From contig JALDAJ010000001.1 in the NCBI GenBank assembly GCA_022729235.1, positions 32,001 to 96,000 of the forward strand: a DNA stretch of 64,000 nucleotides. The letters run 5' to 3'. Positions within the stretch are counted from its first letter, which is position 1. The number at the start of each line of letters is the position of its first letter. The notes below the pieces were generated by a model. It searched no databases. It was not told the origin of the DNA and saw only the letters and a program-made list of their open reading frames with translations. This stretch comes from Candidatus Nanohalarchaeota archaeon. GTDB lineage: Archaea; Nanohalarchaeota; Nanosalinia; Nanosalinales; Nanosalinaceae. The translations under genes were made by a program, and so were the position numbers. This document shows, in pieces, positions 1 through 9,422 of this stretch.

Positions 1-361
1 TTGCCTCATTGATTTGATGAGGTCACCTTCAGGGCTCCCACAATAAATCCGTACCAAGCCAACTTTATTAAACCTTTCACTAGAAAAACGCTACTAATCT
101 GTTAAATAGTCTAGATAGCCTCTGATGAATCAAAAATGCCCTGTGTTCCTCTGTAATGTGTATAATACGGACTTTTAGGCTGCTGTTTAAAGAAAATTGA
201 AACATATTATAATTAGAAATCGTGTTTTAAAGCTACTGGAAGCGGATTTAAAGCACTTTTAGTGTTTAAAAAATAGAGATTTTGTTTAAAGATTAGTCAA
301 TTAATAAACACAGCCGCCAGAATCGAAACTATTATATAGTATTACTGAGAAGTAACAATAT

Positions 362-1153
362 ATGTCCTCTGGTGTAGGTAAAGGCAGGAACACTACTCTC
401 AGCGAGTTCGGAGACGATGGAGACGGATACGATTTCAATGACACCGATTACAGGGACACAGATACGCGTTTTGTTTACGGTTCTCTGAATGGCGAACTTT
501 CTGAAGAACCTGGTTTCAAGAACATTCTTGAGTCTGATGTTAACGTGGTAATCGACCTCAAAGGAGAGGTCGGCTGGCACCGAGACCTTGAACCTGAAGA
601 ACTCGAAGAAGCAATAAGCCAGGCGAGTGAGTACATTGATCAAAAAGGACTGAATGCAGAAGGATTTAGCTTCAATAGCAGAGAGGCTACGGAATGGAGG
701 TACATAATAGACGCTGTGTGGAGAGGTCTGGACGATGATCATCGCGGCAGAGAGGGCACAGAAAACTCTCATCCTCAGCCTACATTTGAGAACGCAGAAT
801 ACAGCATAGATAAGTTCCAACAAGGTTTTCTCTCCAACAAAGACAGGTACATCGCAACCTTTGCGTCCTGGGGATGGATAGAGAATAGAGAGCCTATAGG
901 GATAACAAACGTCGATAAGAACGTACTATATCATTCTGATAAAGCTCCAGGAGATGAGTTCGTCCTCCAAAAACAGAGGGAGAACAACCCTCGCAACGCA
1001 TCCGTAGACCGGAAAGTAGAAGTACCGGGCGAAGAACTGGCAAGGGCGCTTAATGAAGATAAACACATAGAGCGATTGCTTGAACTCGATGAAGGCCCAG
1101 ATATTAACCCTGATAGCGCTAAAGCAGCTAAAAAAATGCGCAGAACCTACTGA
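362..1153 (+). CDS. hypothetical acidic protein (orphan)
   Basis: 263-aa ORF with acidic composition, downstream of an AT-rich spacer; no motif recognised. Confidence 0.75.
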   Translation: MSSGVGKGRNTTLSEFGDDGDGYDFNDTDYRDTDTRFVYGSLNGELSEEPGFKNILESDVNVVIDLKGEVGWHRDLEPEELEEAISQASEYIDQKGLNAEGFSFNSREATEWRYIIDAVWRGLDDDHRGREGTENSHPQPTFENAEYSIDKFQQGFLSNKDRYIATFASWGWIENREPIGITNVDKNVLYHSDKAPGDEFVLQKQRENNPRNASVDRKVEVPGEELARALNEDKHIERLLELDEGPDINPDSAKAAKKMRRTY

Positions 1154-2082
1154 AGGAGATACACATACCTAGTAAGGTTCTTGTGGACGTATATCTCGTG
1201 TTCCGGTTCCATGTCGCCGATGTTTTCCCTGTCGCTCATGAAGACTATCCTACCGTTGACTAGTTCTGGAGCGACTTCGAGAAAGTCCTCTACCGGTTCG
1301 CCTTCTACCTTTGACGCCTCTCCATAGGGCAGGTCAGTGACTATAGCATCGAATTTTTGGTCAAAAATCTTTCCTGCATCCCTGACTTCGCCCTCTCGCA
1401 CGTCGTGGACGATGACTCCGTACACCTCCAGGTTCTCTCTCGCTCCCTCAACCATCTCTTCCTGCACATCTAGACCGTGGACGCCTGCACCGCATAGTCC
1501 TGCCTCGATGAGTATGCCTCCGGTACCGCAGAACGGGTCGAGCACGCTTCCTCCAGGCTTGACGCCGGAAAGGTTCACTAGTACGCGCGCCAGTACCGGG
1601 TCGAGTGAAACCGGTGACTGGAAAGGTCTCTCCTCATTACCCCGCTTTTCAAACAGTCCGCGGTCGATATCCTCCATGAGGCGGGCGAGGACATACTCGT
1701 CTTCTAAAAGATATAGCCGGAGCTCTTCGTCCGGGCGTTCAAGGTCTACTTCATTGTCTCCTGTACCAAGTATCTCGCCGACCTTTTCCTGTAACGCAGC
1801 AGTGTCATGCTCTTCATCAGACACCTCTACCGCTCTTACAGCGAAGCTTGAATCCGGGCGGTATTTGAGATCCAGAGCCTCTATACTTCCTCTCTCGATT
1901 ACTTCCGAGACCTCGTGTGTTAATGCCAGCCTTTTCAACTGTCCCTCCATCGGTTCTCCCGCGATAGCTAGCCTTCCCTCGCGTTCCACCCTGGTCTCAA
2001 GTTCCTGTGATTCGAGGAAGCCTCTCAGCTCGTCCTCCGCCAGTTCCAGGTTTTCTCCCGCCAGGAGGTATGCGTAGCTCAT
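1147..2082 (-). CDS. trm11: THUMP-domain tRNA (guanine-N2) methyltransferase, Trm11/Trm-G10 family
   Basis: THUMP-like N-terminus; RPFQSPVSLDP, VLDPFCGTGG and TDLPYG motifs. Confidence 0.85.
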   Translation of the reverse strand: MSYAYLLAGENLELAEDELRGFLESQELETRVEREGRLAIAGEPMEGQLKRLALTHEVSEVIERGSIEALDLKYRPDSSFAVRAVEVSDEEHDTAALQEKVGEILGTGDNEVDLERPDEELRLYLLEDEYVLARLMEDIDRGLFEKRGNEERPFQSPVSLDPVLARVLVNLSGVKPGGSVLDPFCGTGGILIEAGLCGAGVHGLDVQEEMVEGARENLEVYGVIVHDVREGEVRDAGKIFDQKFDAIVTDLPYGEASKVEGEPVEDFLEVAPELVNGRIVFMSDRENIGDMEPEHEIYVHKNLTRYVYLLQ

Positions 2083-2119
2083 AGTGTTCCAGAAAGTTCT
2101 GAGGCTTATATATGCCCGG

Positions 2120-2407
2120 CTAGAAACCGTACCGGTTCACATTCCCGCACTCCCTGCAGTGGTAGTTAACCGTGGAGTTCTTCGAGTTGATGCGGACGGT
2201 GCAGTTGATGCCGGGCTTCAAGTAACTGCGGCATTCGTGGCAGAACTGTTTCCGTAAATCAGGATGTATTGAAACGTTGTACTTCATCCCTACATCCCTC
2301 GCCAGCTCCACGTACCTGTCAGCGAGTTCCTGACAGTCTTCGTTCATCCGCCTTTCAGCGAGTTCGAAGAGCCTTTCTATCCTTTCCTCTGCTATTTTCC
2401 GGGACAT
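2120..2407 (-). CDS. rnp4: ribonuclease P protein component 4 (Rpp21)
   Basis: IAEERIERLF, RYVELAR, FCHEC..LKPG and CRECG motifs. Confidence 0.92.
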   Translation of the reverse strand: MSRKIAEERIERLFELAERRMNEDCQELADRYVELARDVGMKYNVSIHPDLRKQFCHECRSYLKPGINCTVRINSKNSTVNYHCRECGNVNRYGF

Positions 2408-2459
2408 ACCCTGAAGAAAACTGTCAGCTTATAAGTAAGTTCCCGGGTAAAGAAGAGAT

Positions 2460-2777
2460 ATGGCGACTGAAGAAGACGTTCTCGGGCAGTTGGAGGAAGT
2501 CATCGACCCTGAGCTGAACGTGAACATCGTTGACCTGGGGCTTATCAGAGAGGTAGATGTGGAAGATGACCGCGCAGATATACTCATGACGCTTACTACA
2601 CCCGGATGCCCTCTACACGGTGTTTTCGATGAACTGGTAAGGCGTGAAGTCAAGAAGCTGGAAAGTATCGACGAGGTTGATGTCGAACTTACGTTCGAGC
2701 CGCGTTGGAGTCCTGACGAGATGAGTGATGAGGCACGGAACCAGCTTGGGAACATACCAGGCATGGATATCTTCTAG
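2460..2777 (+). CDS. metal-sulfur cluster assembly factor (DUF59/SufT-like)
   Basis: VIDPEL.VNIVDLGLI and LTTPGCP motifs. Confidence 0.92.
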   Translation: MATEEDVLGQLEEVIDPELNVNIVDLGLIREVDVEDDRADILMTLTTPGCPLHGVFDELVRREVKKLESIDEVDVELTFEPRWSPDEMSDEARNQLGNIPGMDIF

Positions 2778-3745
2778 CCAGTTATCTTCAAACAGTAACC
2801 TGATTGTACATCTTTCTTGTGTTCTTCTATACGCTCTCTAACTTTCTCGGATACCTCCGAAACTCTTCTCATATCTTCCTCCACCACCTGTGGGTCGACG
2901 AAACGCGCCTTGGTCTTGACCTTGAAATCGTAGTCCTCCTTGTTCCTCTCGATGCGGAAGTCTCCGCAGAGCAGTTCAAGTCTCTCCTCTATCTCCGGGT
3001 CTCCAGATCTTTCCAGCAGATCCATTATCTCCTTATCCGTCCCGAACAGGTCCTCTTCCTCTATCAAGCCTATTTCCATCGCCCTCTTCAAGACGCTGGC
3101 GAATACCTCATAGATTCCGGCTTCTTCGGGCGACGCCCACACCTTTTCGTCAGCCTCGACATACTTGAGTGCGTACAGTTCTGCTGTTTCTTTATCCTTC
3201 AAGACGAACCGGTTATCTTTCACAGTAAGCGAGTTCAGCAGTTTCTCAACTTCACTCTCTCCGAGCTTCCCTGCCTTGAGAGCGTCCCTTAGGAAGTAGT
3301 CAATCCTGTCCGCACATAGATCCGGTGCATCTCTTTCAAGCAGTCTAAAATTGGATTCGTCGAGGATGTAGTCAACGTCAAGCCCATGTTCCTCAAGTAT
3401 CTCCGGTATCTTGGAATCCATGACAACTTCTTCGAAGAAGTTGTCGTGGTACTCGTGCTCGCTATTCTTGAAGACGAAGTCTGCGACGTGTGAAAACGCT
3501 GTGTGAGGCACATCATGCAGCAGTCCTGCTATCTGTTCCTCTATAGACGCGTTAAACTCCCTGAGAAGGAACATCACTCCCAGTGAGTGCTCGAACCTTT
3601 TGGTTTCTGCGCGGTCGGCGAAGAAAGGTGATGGACCTCCCTGGTGTACGTGTTTTAAACGCTGGACAGGACCGGAGTTTATAAGATCCTGGAGAACTTC
3701 TTCCTCCACTTTTTGAGACCCATAGACCGGATCGTCAAATTCCAT
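2774..3745 (-). CDS. HD-domain phosphohydrolase (dNTPase-like)
   Basis: RFEHSLGV, LLHDVPHTAFSH and ADRIDY motifs. Confidence 0.9.
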   Translation of the reverse strand: MEFDDPVYGSQKVEEEVLQDLINSGPVQRLKHVHQGGPSPFFADRAETKRFEHSLGVMFLLREFNASIEEQIAGLLHDVPHTAFSHVADFVFKNSEHEYHDNFFEEVVMDSKIPEILEEHGLDVDYILDESNFRLLERDAPDLCADRIDYFLRDALKAGKLGESEVEKLLNSLTVKDNRFVLKDKETAELYALKYVEADEKVWASPEEAGIYEVFASVLKRAMEIGLIEEEDLFGTDKEIMDLLERSGDPEIEERLELLCGDFRIERNKEDYDFKVKTKARFVDPQVVEEDMRRVSEVSEKVRERIEEHKKDVQSGYCLKITG

Positions 3746-3777
3746 GGTTAACAGGTAGACAGATAATGCTTAAACCA

Positions 3778-4005
3778 TTAATCGATACCATTTTCCATAA
3801 GTTCTCTCGCCCTTTCGATTGCCCTATCCGGGGCATCCCTGTTCGCTATCAACCTGTCGTTTAGGAAAGTGTCCCATGTTTCATCCTCCTCGAACTCAGA
3901 CACCTCTATACGGTCACCAGTATCCCTGTGCTCCCATGCCCGGTGAAAATCGCTGTTTTTAGAGTCTAAAACGTTCCAAGATTCCTCATAATCCTTCATA
4001 TACAA
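3778..4005 (-). CDS. small hypothetical protein
   Basis: 75-aa acidic ORF filling the gap between neighbours. Confidence 0.65.
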   Translation of the reverse strand: MYMKDYEESWNVLDSKNSDFHRAWEHRDTGDRIEVSEFEEDETWDTFLNDRLIANRDAPDRAIERARELMENGID

Positions 4006-4164
4006 ATTAGACGATTTTAAGAACTATTATAAAGATTTCCAATCGTTTAAACTGCTTAAAACCGTAACAACTTCAAGAATTATTGTTTCTTCTTCCTGCT
4101 TTTAAATATTGCTTTACTCCAGTACACTATTCCTGATTTAAGATTGTCCTCTCCCAGGTACCCC

Positions 4165-4581
4165 ATGAACCTCCACAACCTCAAAAAAGGAGACAGAGTA
4201 CTCTTCAACCAGCGAGAAATACCTCTTGAAGTATCTGACGTCGATGAGAACCGGGTACATGTCAAAGGTCCTAGAGGCGGAGAGTACATCCTGTTCCCTG
4301 CTGAAAACGACCCGGAACTTCTGCTGGTGGCGAACAAAGGCTCCCGGGAATACGCGTCAAAGGTCGAGAACCTTAGAGAAGTAGGCGAGTGGAAGAAAAC
4401 GGGTGAAAACAAATGGAGACACTCGAAGTCGAGTTGCGAGATAAATCTCATTAAGAATGATGCAGGCTTCTGGACGATAGAAACAGCGCTCGAGATAGAC
4501 CTCCCTAAATACGGCTATTCAAGTAAAGAAATAGCCGTAGAAGAGATAGAACAGCTTATAGAGAAAAATCCTGAAGGATGA
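4165..4581 (+). CDS. hypothetical protein (SH3-like N-terminal part)
   Basis: ATG at 4165; LKKGDRVLFN...KGPRGGEY pattern. Confidence 0.75.
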   Translation: MNLHNLKKGDRVLFNQREIPLEVSDVDENRVHVKGPRGGEYILFPAENDPELLLVANKGSREYASKVENLREVGEWKKTGENKWRHSKSSCEINLIKNDAGFWTIETALEIDLPKYGYSSKEIAVEEIEQLIEKNPEG

Positions 4582-4606
4582 CAAAAAAGAAAAGCAGAAG
4601 GAAAGA

Positions 4607-4912
4607 TTATTCCTCGGGAACTTCTTCGAAATCCTCGTGTTCCGGTTCGTCTACAGGCTCAGATTCAGTTTCCGTTTCAATCTCTTCTCCTGAAGAACCT
4701 TCTAGAGTATCAACTCCCAGGGCAGAGCAGGCAGGACACTGACGAGTGTAACCTGTCGCCAGCAAGGCTACTGCAACAACCGCAGCAACACCTGCAGCCA
4801 TAGGACTCATACTCAAGTAGTATCCCAGATAACCTGCAACCGAAACCACGACCAGCACTGCTCCGAGCGCCAGTCGCACCATACTGTCTGTAGAACCTAC
4901 GTTGGTTTCCAT
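4607..4912 (-). CDS. DUF2892/YgaP-like membrane protein
   Basis: NVGSTD..VR, two hydrophobic helices, TG...CP...LG. Confidence 0.85.
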   Translation of the reverse strand: METNVGSTDSMVRLALGAVLVVVSVAGYLGYYLSMSPMAAGVAAVVAVALLATGYTRQCPACSALGVDTLEGSSGEEIETETESEPVDEPEHEDFEEVPEE

Positions 4913-5000
4913 AACACCGTTATAGAAGTCTTTGTTTAAAAAACTCCGCGCCAGAACCCGGAAAAACCTTCTAATATCCGCTATCCGTTCCTAATAGAAA

Positions 5001-5972
5001 TTACTCGATATGCTCAGTCAGGTTTTCAGGCACATCTTCGAGTCCTAGCTCCTGCACGAACTCACGGCTCCTCTGCCTTAAAGTAACAGTTGTGACATCC
5101 AAGACATCTGATATCTCTTTCATCGTACGGTCTTCTCCCTCCGCATAAGCTGACAGGTAGAGAGCGCTTGCGGCAAGTCCCTTGGGAGATTTACCGGATA
5201 TAAACTCCTTCTCATGAGCCTGCTCCAGTAACTCCTCTGCCTGTTCACTGGTCTCTTGACTGAGATCTAGCTTTTCCACAAACCAGTCCAGGTACTCTCC
5301 GGGGTGTGGCGGTATTATACGCGCATCTGTATTCCTACCTATGAACCGGTAAGCCTTCCCAAGCTCTCGCTGGGGCGCACCTGTGATCTCAGATATCTCC
5401 TCCAGCGTCCTCGGCTCGTCCTCTTCCCTTGCCACGATATATACCGTTGCGGCAACAACATTCCGCAGTTCTCGCCCTCTCATCAAGTCCCTATCATGCA
5501 GTTCTTCAAGAAGATTTTCCGCCCCTTCCTGGACCTCCTGCGAAAGCTCCAGTTCCGCAACCAGAGTCTGTAGAGCCTGTAACTCATACGTATGCCTGTC
5601 CTTAACCTCCGGAAGCCAGCGCTCTACTCCTTCATACTGTGGACGAGCAAAAACCGTAAGTAACAATCCTGCAACAAGCAGAGGCAGTGAAAGACCGATA
5701 GCAGCGAGCCCTGCGACGGACGCCTCAGCCGGGACAGAAACCTCTCTTATATCTCTCTGCCTGGCTGTCCTAATACTGAAGAAAAGCAGGGAGAAAATAG
5801 CTGAGAAGGCAATGAATTCTGTAGCAAATACCGCACCCGTACTGCTGAAAAATACAGATCCAAAGCTGAAGAACCTGCTGAAAACCATCCCTGCAGCTAG
5901 AGCGATTACACCGTATTGCACGCAGAGACTGCCCATACTCCGCCAAGCCTCAAGCTTGTTGTCATAGCCCAT
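5001..5972 (-). CDS. TFIIB/TFB-family protein with N-terminal transmembrane region
   Basis: two cyclin repeats (RGR..VVAATVYI..R...PRTLEEI; GKSPKGLAASALYL; VTTVTLRQR) after about 3 hydrophobic segments; no Zn ribbon. Confidence 0.9.
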   Translation of the reverse strand: MGYDNKLEAWRSMGSLCVQYGVIALAAGMVFSRFFSFGSVFFSSTGAVFATEFIAFSAIFSLLFFSIRTARQRDIREVSVPAEASVAGLAAIGLSLPLLVAGLLLTVFARPQYEGVERWLPEVKDRHTYELQALQTLVAELELSQEVQEGAENLLEELHDRDLMRGRELRNVVAATVYIVAREEDEPRTLEEISEITGAPQRELGKAYRFIGRNTDARIIPPHPGEYLDWFVEKLDLSQETSEQAEELLEQAHEKEFISGKSPKGLAASALYLSAYAEGEDRTMKEISDVLDVTTVTLRQRSREFVQELGLEDVPENLTEHIE

Positions 5973-6148
5973 AAAGACGCTCTCGGGAAATTAAGCCCCG
6001 TCCAGGCTTTTAACCGAGATTACAGTCAATCGCAACAGTCACAGAGGCTGGAAGAGGTCAAAAACAGGTTTTCAGCTACTAAGTGATATTACTCACCGCA
6101 GAACCATTATCCAGTTTTTTATACTAGTAGGAGCAAATAGATACCATC

Positions 6149-6421
6149 ATGACACTGTACGAGTTCTACGGCGATGGCTGTACTCACTGTAAAACCATGG
6201 CTCCAAAAGTGGAAAAACTCGAGGAAGAAGAAGGCATAGAAGTCGAGAAACTTGAAGTCTGGAACGACGAGGAAAACCAGGAAAAACTCAAGGAACTCGA
6301 CGACGGCAGATGCGGCGGAGTACCGTTCTTCATCAACACGGAAAGCGATGAATGGATTTGCGGAGAAGCAGACTACGAAACACTAAAAGCCTGGGCGAAC
6401 GGCGAAGAAGTCGAGAACTAG
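6149..6421 (+). CDS. thioredoxin/glutaredoxin-like protein
   Basis: EFYGDGCTHC and GVPFF motifs. Confidence 0.9.
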   Translation: MTLYEFYGDGCTHCKTMAPKVEKLEEEEGIEVEKLEVWNDEENQEKLKELDDGRCGGVPFFINTESDEWICGEADYETLKAWANGEEVEN

Positions 6422-6434
6422 GAGGTGAACTTTG

Positions 6435-6533
6435 ATGAGCGATAAAGACGAGGAAGACGACAAGGTCTGCAGAACATGCGGACCCGGTCTCGGAGACGAC
6501 GACCTCGAAGAGGATGAAGAAGAGGAAGAGTAA
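6435..6533 (+). CDS. 32-aa acidic CxxC microprotein
   Basis: manually translated MSDKDEEDDKVCRTCGPGLGDDDLEEDEEEEE; GGAGGTGA Shine-Dalgarno at 6421-6428. Confidence 0.65.
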   Translation: MSDKDEEDDKVCRTCGPGLGDDDLEEDEEEEE

Positions 6534-6577
6534 GTATAAGAAACTAGCCAAGGATTTCTCCACAACGGAGATCACCG

Positions 6578-7939
6578 ATGGAAGAATTTGACCTAATAGT
6601 TATAGGAGCAGGTTCAGGACTGGAAGTCGCAAACGCCTACGCACAGCGCGGTAATGAGGTCGCGGTTGTTGAACCCGGTCCTCTCGGAGGTACATGCCTG
6701 AACAGGGGATGTATACCCTCCAAGATACTTATCCACCGCGCCGACATCATAGAAGAGATTAATGGTTCAGAAGAGTTCCACATCGACGCGGAAGTAAACG
6801 ATATAGAGTTCTCCGAGATAATTGAAGAAGTCAACAAAGAAGTAGCGGAGGACGCTGAAGGTATCGAACGCGGAATCGAGAACTCAGATAACCATGCCTT
6901 ATACCGGACAAAGGCTAAGTTCGTGGACGAGAAAGTCCTGGAAGTCGATGGAGAGGAGATAACCGCGGACAAGATAGTAATCGCCGCAGGTTCAAGACCG
7001 CTCATCCCGCCTATCGACGGGGCTGAAGCTGTTGACTACCTAACCAGCAAGGAGGCGCTGGAACTGGAGGAACAACCCGATGATATGGTGATAGTCGGCG
7101 GAGGATACATCGCTCTGGAACTCGCGCATTTCTACGATGCTGTAGGAACCGAAGTAACGATAATAGAGATGGCTGAACAGCTCCTGTCAAGATCGGATCG
7201 CGACGTCTCGGAAAAGATAACGGAAATCGCCTCGGAAAGATTCGATGTGCACCTGGGGTATGCTGCCTCTGAACTCGGTGAAAGAGACGATGGCCGCATA
7301 GAGGTTACAGCCGAAAATGAGGAAGGTAACGAGAAGTCATTCGAGGCAGACGAGGTATTAATCGCGGCAGGAAGAGTCCCGAATACTGACGAGTTACAGG
7401 TCGAAGAGACCGGTATCGAGACCACGGAACGTGGTTTCGTAAAGACCAACGAGTACCTGGAAACGAATATAGATGGGCTATACGCACTGGGCGATATCGC
7501 GGACAACTGGATGTTCAAGCACTCCGCCAACCTGGAGGCAGAATACGTCTACAAGAACCTCGTGACCGGTAACAACTACAAACTGGAACAAGAAGTCATG
7601 CCGAGCGCCGTTTTCTCCAGTCCGCAAATCGCGGCTGTAGGAAAGACAGAGCAGGAGCTGGAGGAGTCTGATACGGATTACGTCTCCGCAACATACCCTT
7701 ACTCGGATACAGGTATGGGCATGGCGCTAAAAGAAGAAGACGGATTTGTCAAGGTGCTGGCCTCGGAGGACGGCGAAATACTGGGTTGCCACATACTCGG
7801 TCCTGACGCCTCCACGCTCATCCATCAGGTTATCGTGGCGATGACCTCAGGTTCGGGAACTGTCGACGATATCAAGGACACGGTTCACATACATCCTGCA
7901 TTGAACGAAGTAGTAGAGAGAGCGTTCCAGAAGCTGTAA
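6578..7939 (+). CDS. class I pyridine nucleotide-disulfide oxidoreductase (dihydrolipoamide dehydrogenase/mycothione reductase-like)
   Basis: GAGSG, GGTCLNRGCIPSK, GGGYI and HIHPALNE motifs. Confidence 0.92.
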   Translation: MEEFDLIVIGAGSGLEVANAYAQRGNEVAVVEPGPLGGTCLNRGCIPSKILIHRADIIEEINGSEEFHIDAEVNDIEFSEIIEEVNKEVAEDAEGIERGIENSDNHALYRTKAKFVDEKVLEVDGEEITADKIVIAAGSRPLIPPIDGAEAVDYLTSKEALELEEQPDDMVIVGGGYIALELAHFYDAVGTEVTIIEMAEQLLSRSDRDVSEKITEIASERFDVHLGYAASELGERDDGRIEVTAENEEGNEKSFEADEVLIAAGRVPNTDELQVEETGIETTERGFVKTNEYLETNIDGLYALGDIADNWMFKHSANLEAEYVYKNLVTGNNYKLEQEVMPSAVFSSPQIAAVGKTEQELEESDTDYVSATYPYSDTGMGMALKEEDGFVKVLASEDGEILGCHILGPDASTLIHQVIVAMTSGSGTVDDIKDTVHIHPALNEVVERAFQKL

Positions 7940-8383
7940 TCACACCGGCGAGTAACGCCCCTTTAGCTCTACATCATCTACCACGTGACCTGCTATCGCG
8001 TCCTCGATCTCTTCTCTAGAAGCTCCTTCCGGTAACTCCAGCCTGGTGTCGAGAGCGTAGAGCCTGAAAACGTAGGTGTGCTCGCCGTCAGGAGGGTTCG
8101 GACCCCCGTACCCGACCTCCCCATAGTCAGTCTCTCCCTCAGTTCCAGGTGATTCGGCCTCCGAAATCATCTTTGTAGCCGGATCGATATCGAAAACAAT
8201 CCAGTGATCCCAGATCTTTCCCGCAGGCTCCATCGCATCCGGGTCGTCCATGATCAAAACCAGCGACTCCGTGCCCTCCGGAACCTCGGAGATCTCAAGA
8301 GGAGGATTAACGTTTTCCTTCGGGTAACCATATTTTTCCGGTATCTCACCGCCGTCCTCGAACTCCGGGCTGGATAGTCTCAT
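7940..8383 (-). CDS. YbhB/YbcL (PEBP) family protein
   Basis: DDPDA, WDHW and YGGPNPP..HTY motifs. Confidence 0.92.
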   Translation of the reverse strand: MRLSSPEFEDGGEIPEKYGYPKENVNPPLEISEVPEGTESLVLIMDDPDAMEPAGKIWDHWIVFDIDPATKMISEAESPGTEGETDYGEVGYGGPNPPDGEHTYVFRLYALDTRLELPEGASREEIEDAIAGHVVDDVELKGRYSPV

Positions 8384-8468
8384 ACATCCATCTTATCGTT
8401 TGCGAGATAAAAATCTGATTCAGTTCGATACTTAACCGTATTAAAGAGAGTCAACTTATCCTACAACA

Positions 8469-9323
8469 GTGAAAGAACCTGAATTCATCCAGGCAAGATC
8501 AGGTCTTGGAGGCAACAAAGCAGGTACCGAAAAAGGTCCCAGAGAAATCATCTCCAGGCTCGAAATCGATTCTTCGAGAATAGTGGAAAACAGACTTGAA
8601 AGCACTGACAAACCGGGAGATGCGAAGAATGAAGAGCAGATAGCGGAGTTCTGCCGGGAGCTATCAGACACCGTTTCCAAGACGATAGATGAAGACAAGC
8701 TACCCGTAATCCTCGGCGGAGACCACTCTATCTCAATCGGATCTATAAACGGCGCTGCCGAAAACTACCCTTCACTAGGCGTTATCTGGATAGATGCACA
8801 CGCAGACTTCAACACTCCAGAAACATCTCCGTCCAGCAACATCCACGGCATGCCTGTCGCAACTGCTCTCGGAAAAGGACGCCTTGACTGGGGAGATGCA
8901 GATTTAGAGGAAGAGAACATTGTGATGATAGGGATAAGAGATACGGACGAAGAAGAACAGGAGAACCTCGAGGAAAGTGATATAACCGTCTTCAGGATGG
9001 AAGACGTCCGGGAAAAAGGCATAGAAAAAGTCCTGGAGGAGACTATAGACATCCTTTCGGATGTCAAGAGTATCCACGTCAGCTTCGATCTCGACTTCCT
9101 CGACGCTAAGAAAGCCCCAGGAGTCGGAACACCGGTAGAAAACGGCGGAACAATCGATGAGGTAGTGAAGATAATCCGGAGAGTATCTAAGGAAAGTCAG
9201 CTACGGTCTCTTGACATAGTCGAACTCAACCCTACTCTGGACGAGAACGGGAGAACTGCGGAGAAAGCAGTCGAATTAATAAGAAGGTCTTTTCTGGAGA
9301 TAAAGCCTAAAAAAGAGGTCTAG
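8469..9323 (+). CDS. arginase
   Basis: GGDHS, DAHADFNT, SNIHGMP and SFDLD motifs. Confidence 0.9.
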   Translation: MKEPEFIQARSGLGGNKAGTEKGPREIISRLEIDSSRIVENRLESTDKPGDAKNEEQIAEFCRELSDTVSKTIDEDKLPVILGGDHSISIGSINGAAENYPSLGVIWIDAHADFNTPETSPSSNIHGMPVATALGKGRLDWGDADLEEENIVMIGIRDTDEEEQENLEESDITVFRMEDVREKGIEKVLEETIDILSDVKSIHVSFDLDFLDAKKAPGVGTPVENGGTIDEVVKIIRRVSKESQLRSLDIVELNPTLDENGRTAEKAVELIRRSFLEIKPKKEV

Positions 9324-9413
9324 TGCGGCGTCGGGGATTCGAAACTCTAGCGAGTTTCTGCACCTCAGAACTCTGTCGAGTTCTTCAGTTGAAGACAAAT
9401 CCCGGTCCTAGCA
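9324..9413. repeat. hairpin cassette bounded by two inverted tRNA 3'-end fragments
   Basis: 9324-9343 matches the tRNA-Gly 3' end at 9423-9442 (19/20); 9396-9413 CAAATCCCGGTCCTAGCA resembles a T-arm/acceptor on the + strand. Confidence 0.65.
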
Positions 9414-9422
9414 CATGAAAAA

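Noticed and set aside
1-360. AT-rich region as a possible replication origin
   Set aside because: No ORB-like repeats or adjacent cdc6 are visible, and the left context is missing.
1337-2077. Long Ser-rich antisense ORFs (this one and many others, e.g. 5383, 42112, 47122, 53459)
   Set aside because: They are shadows of acidic, GAR/GAY-rich genes on the opposite strand and carry no motifs.
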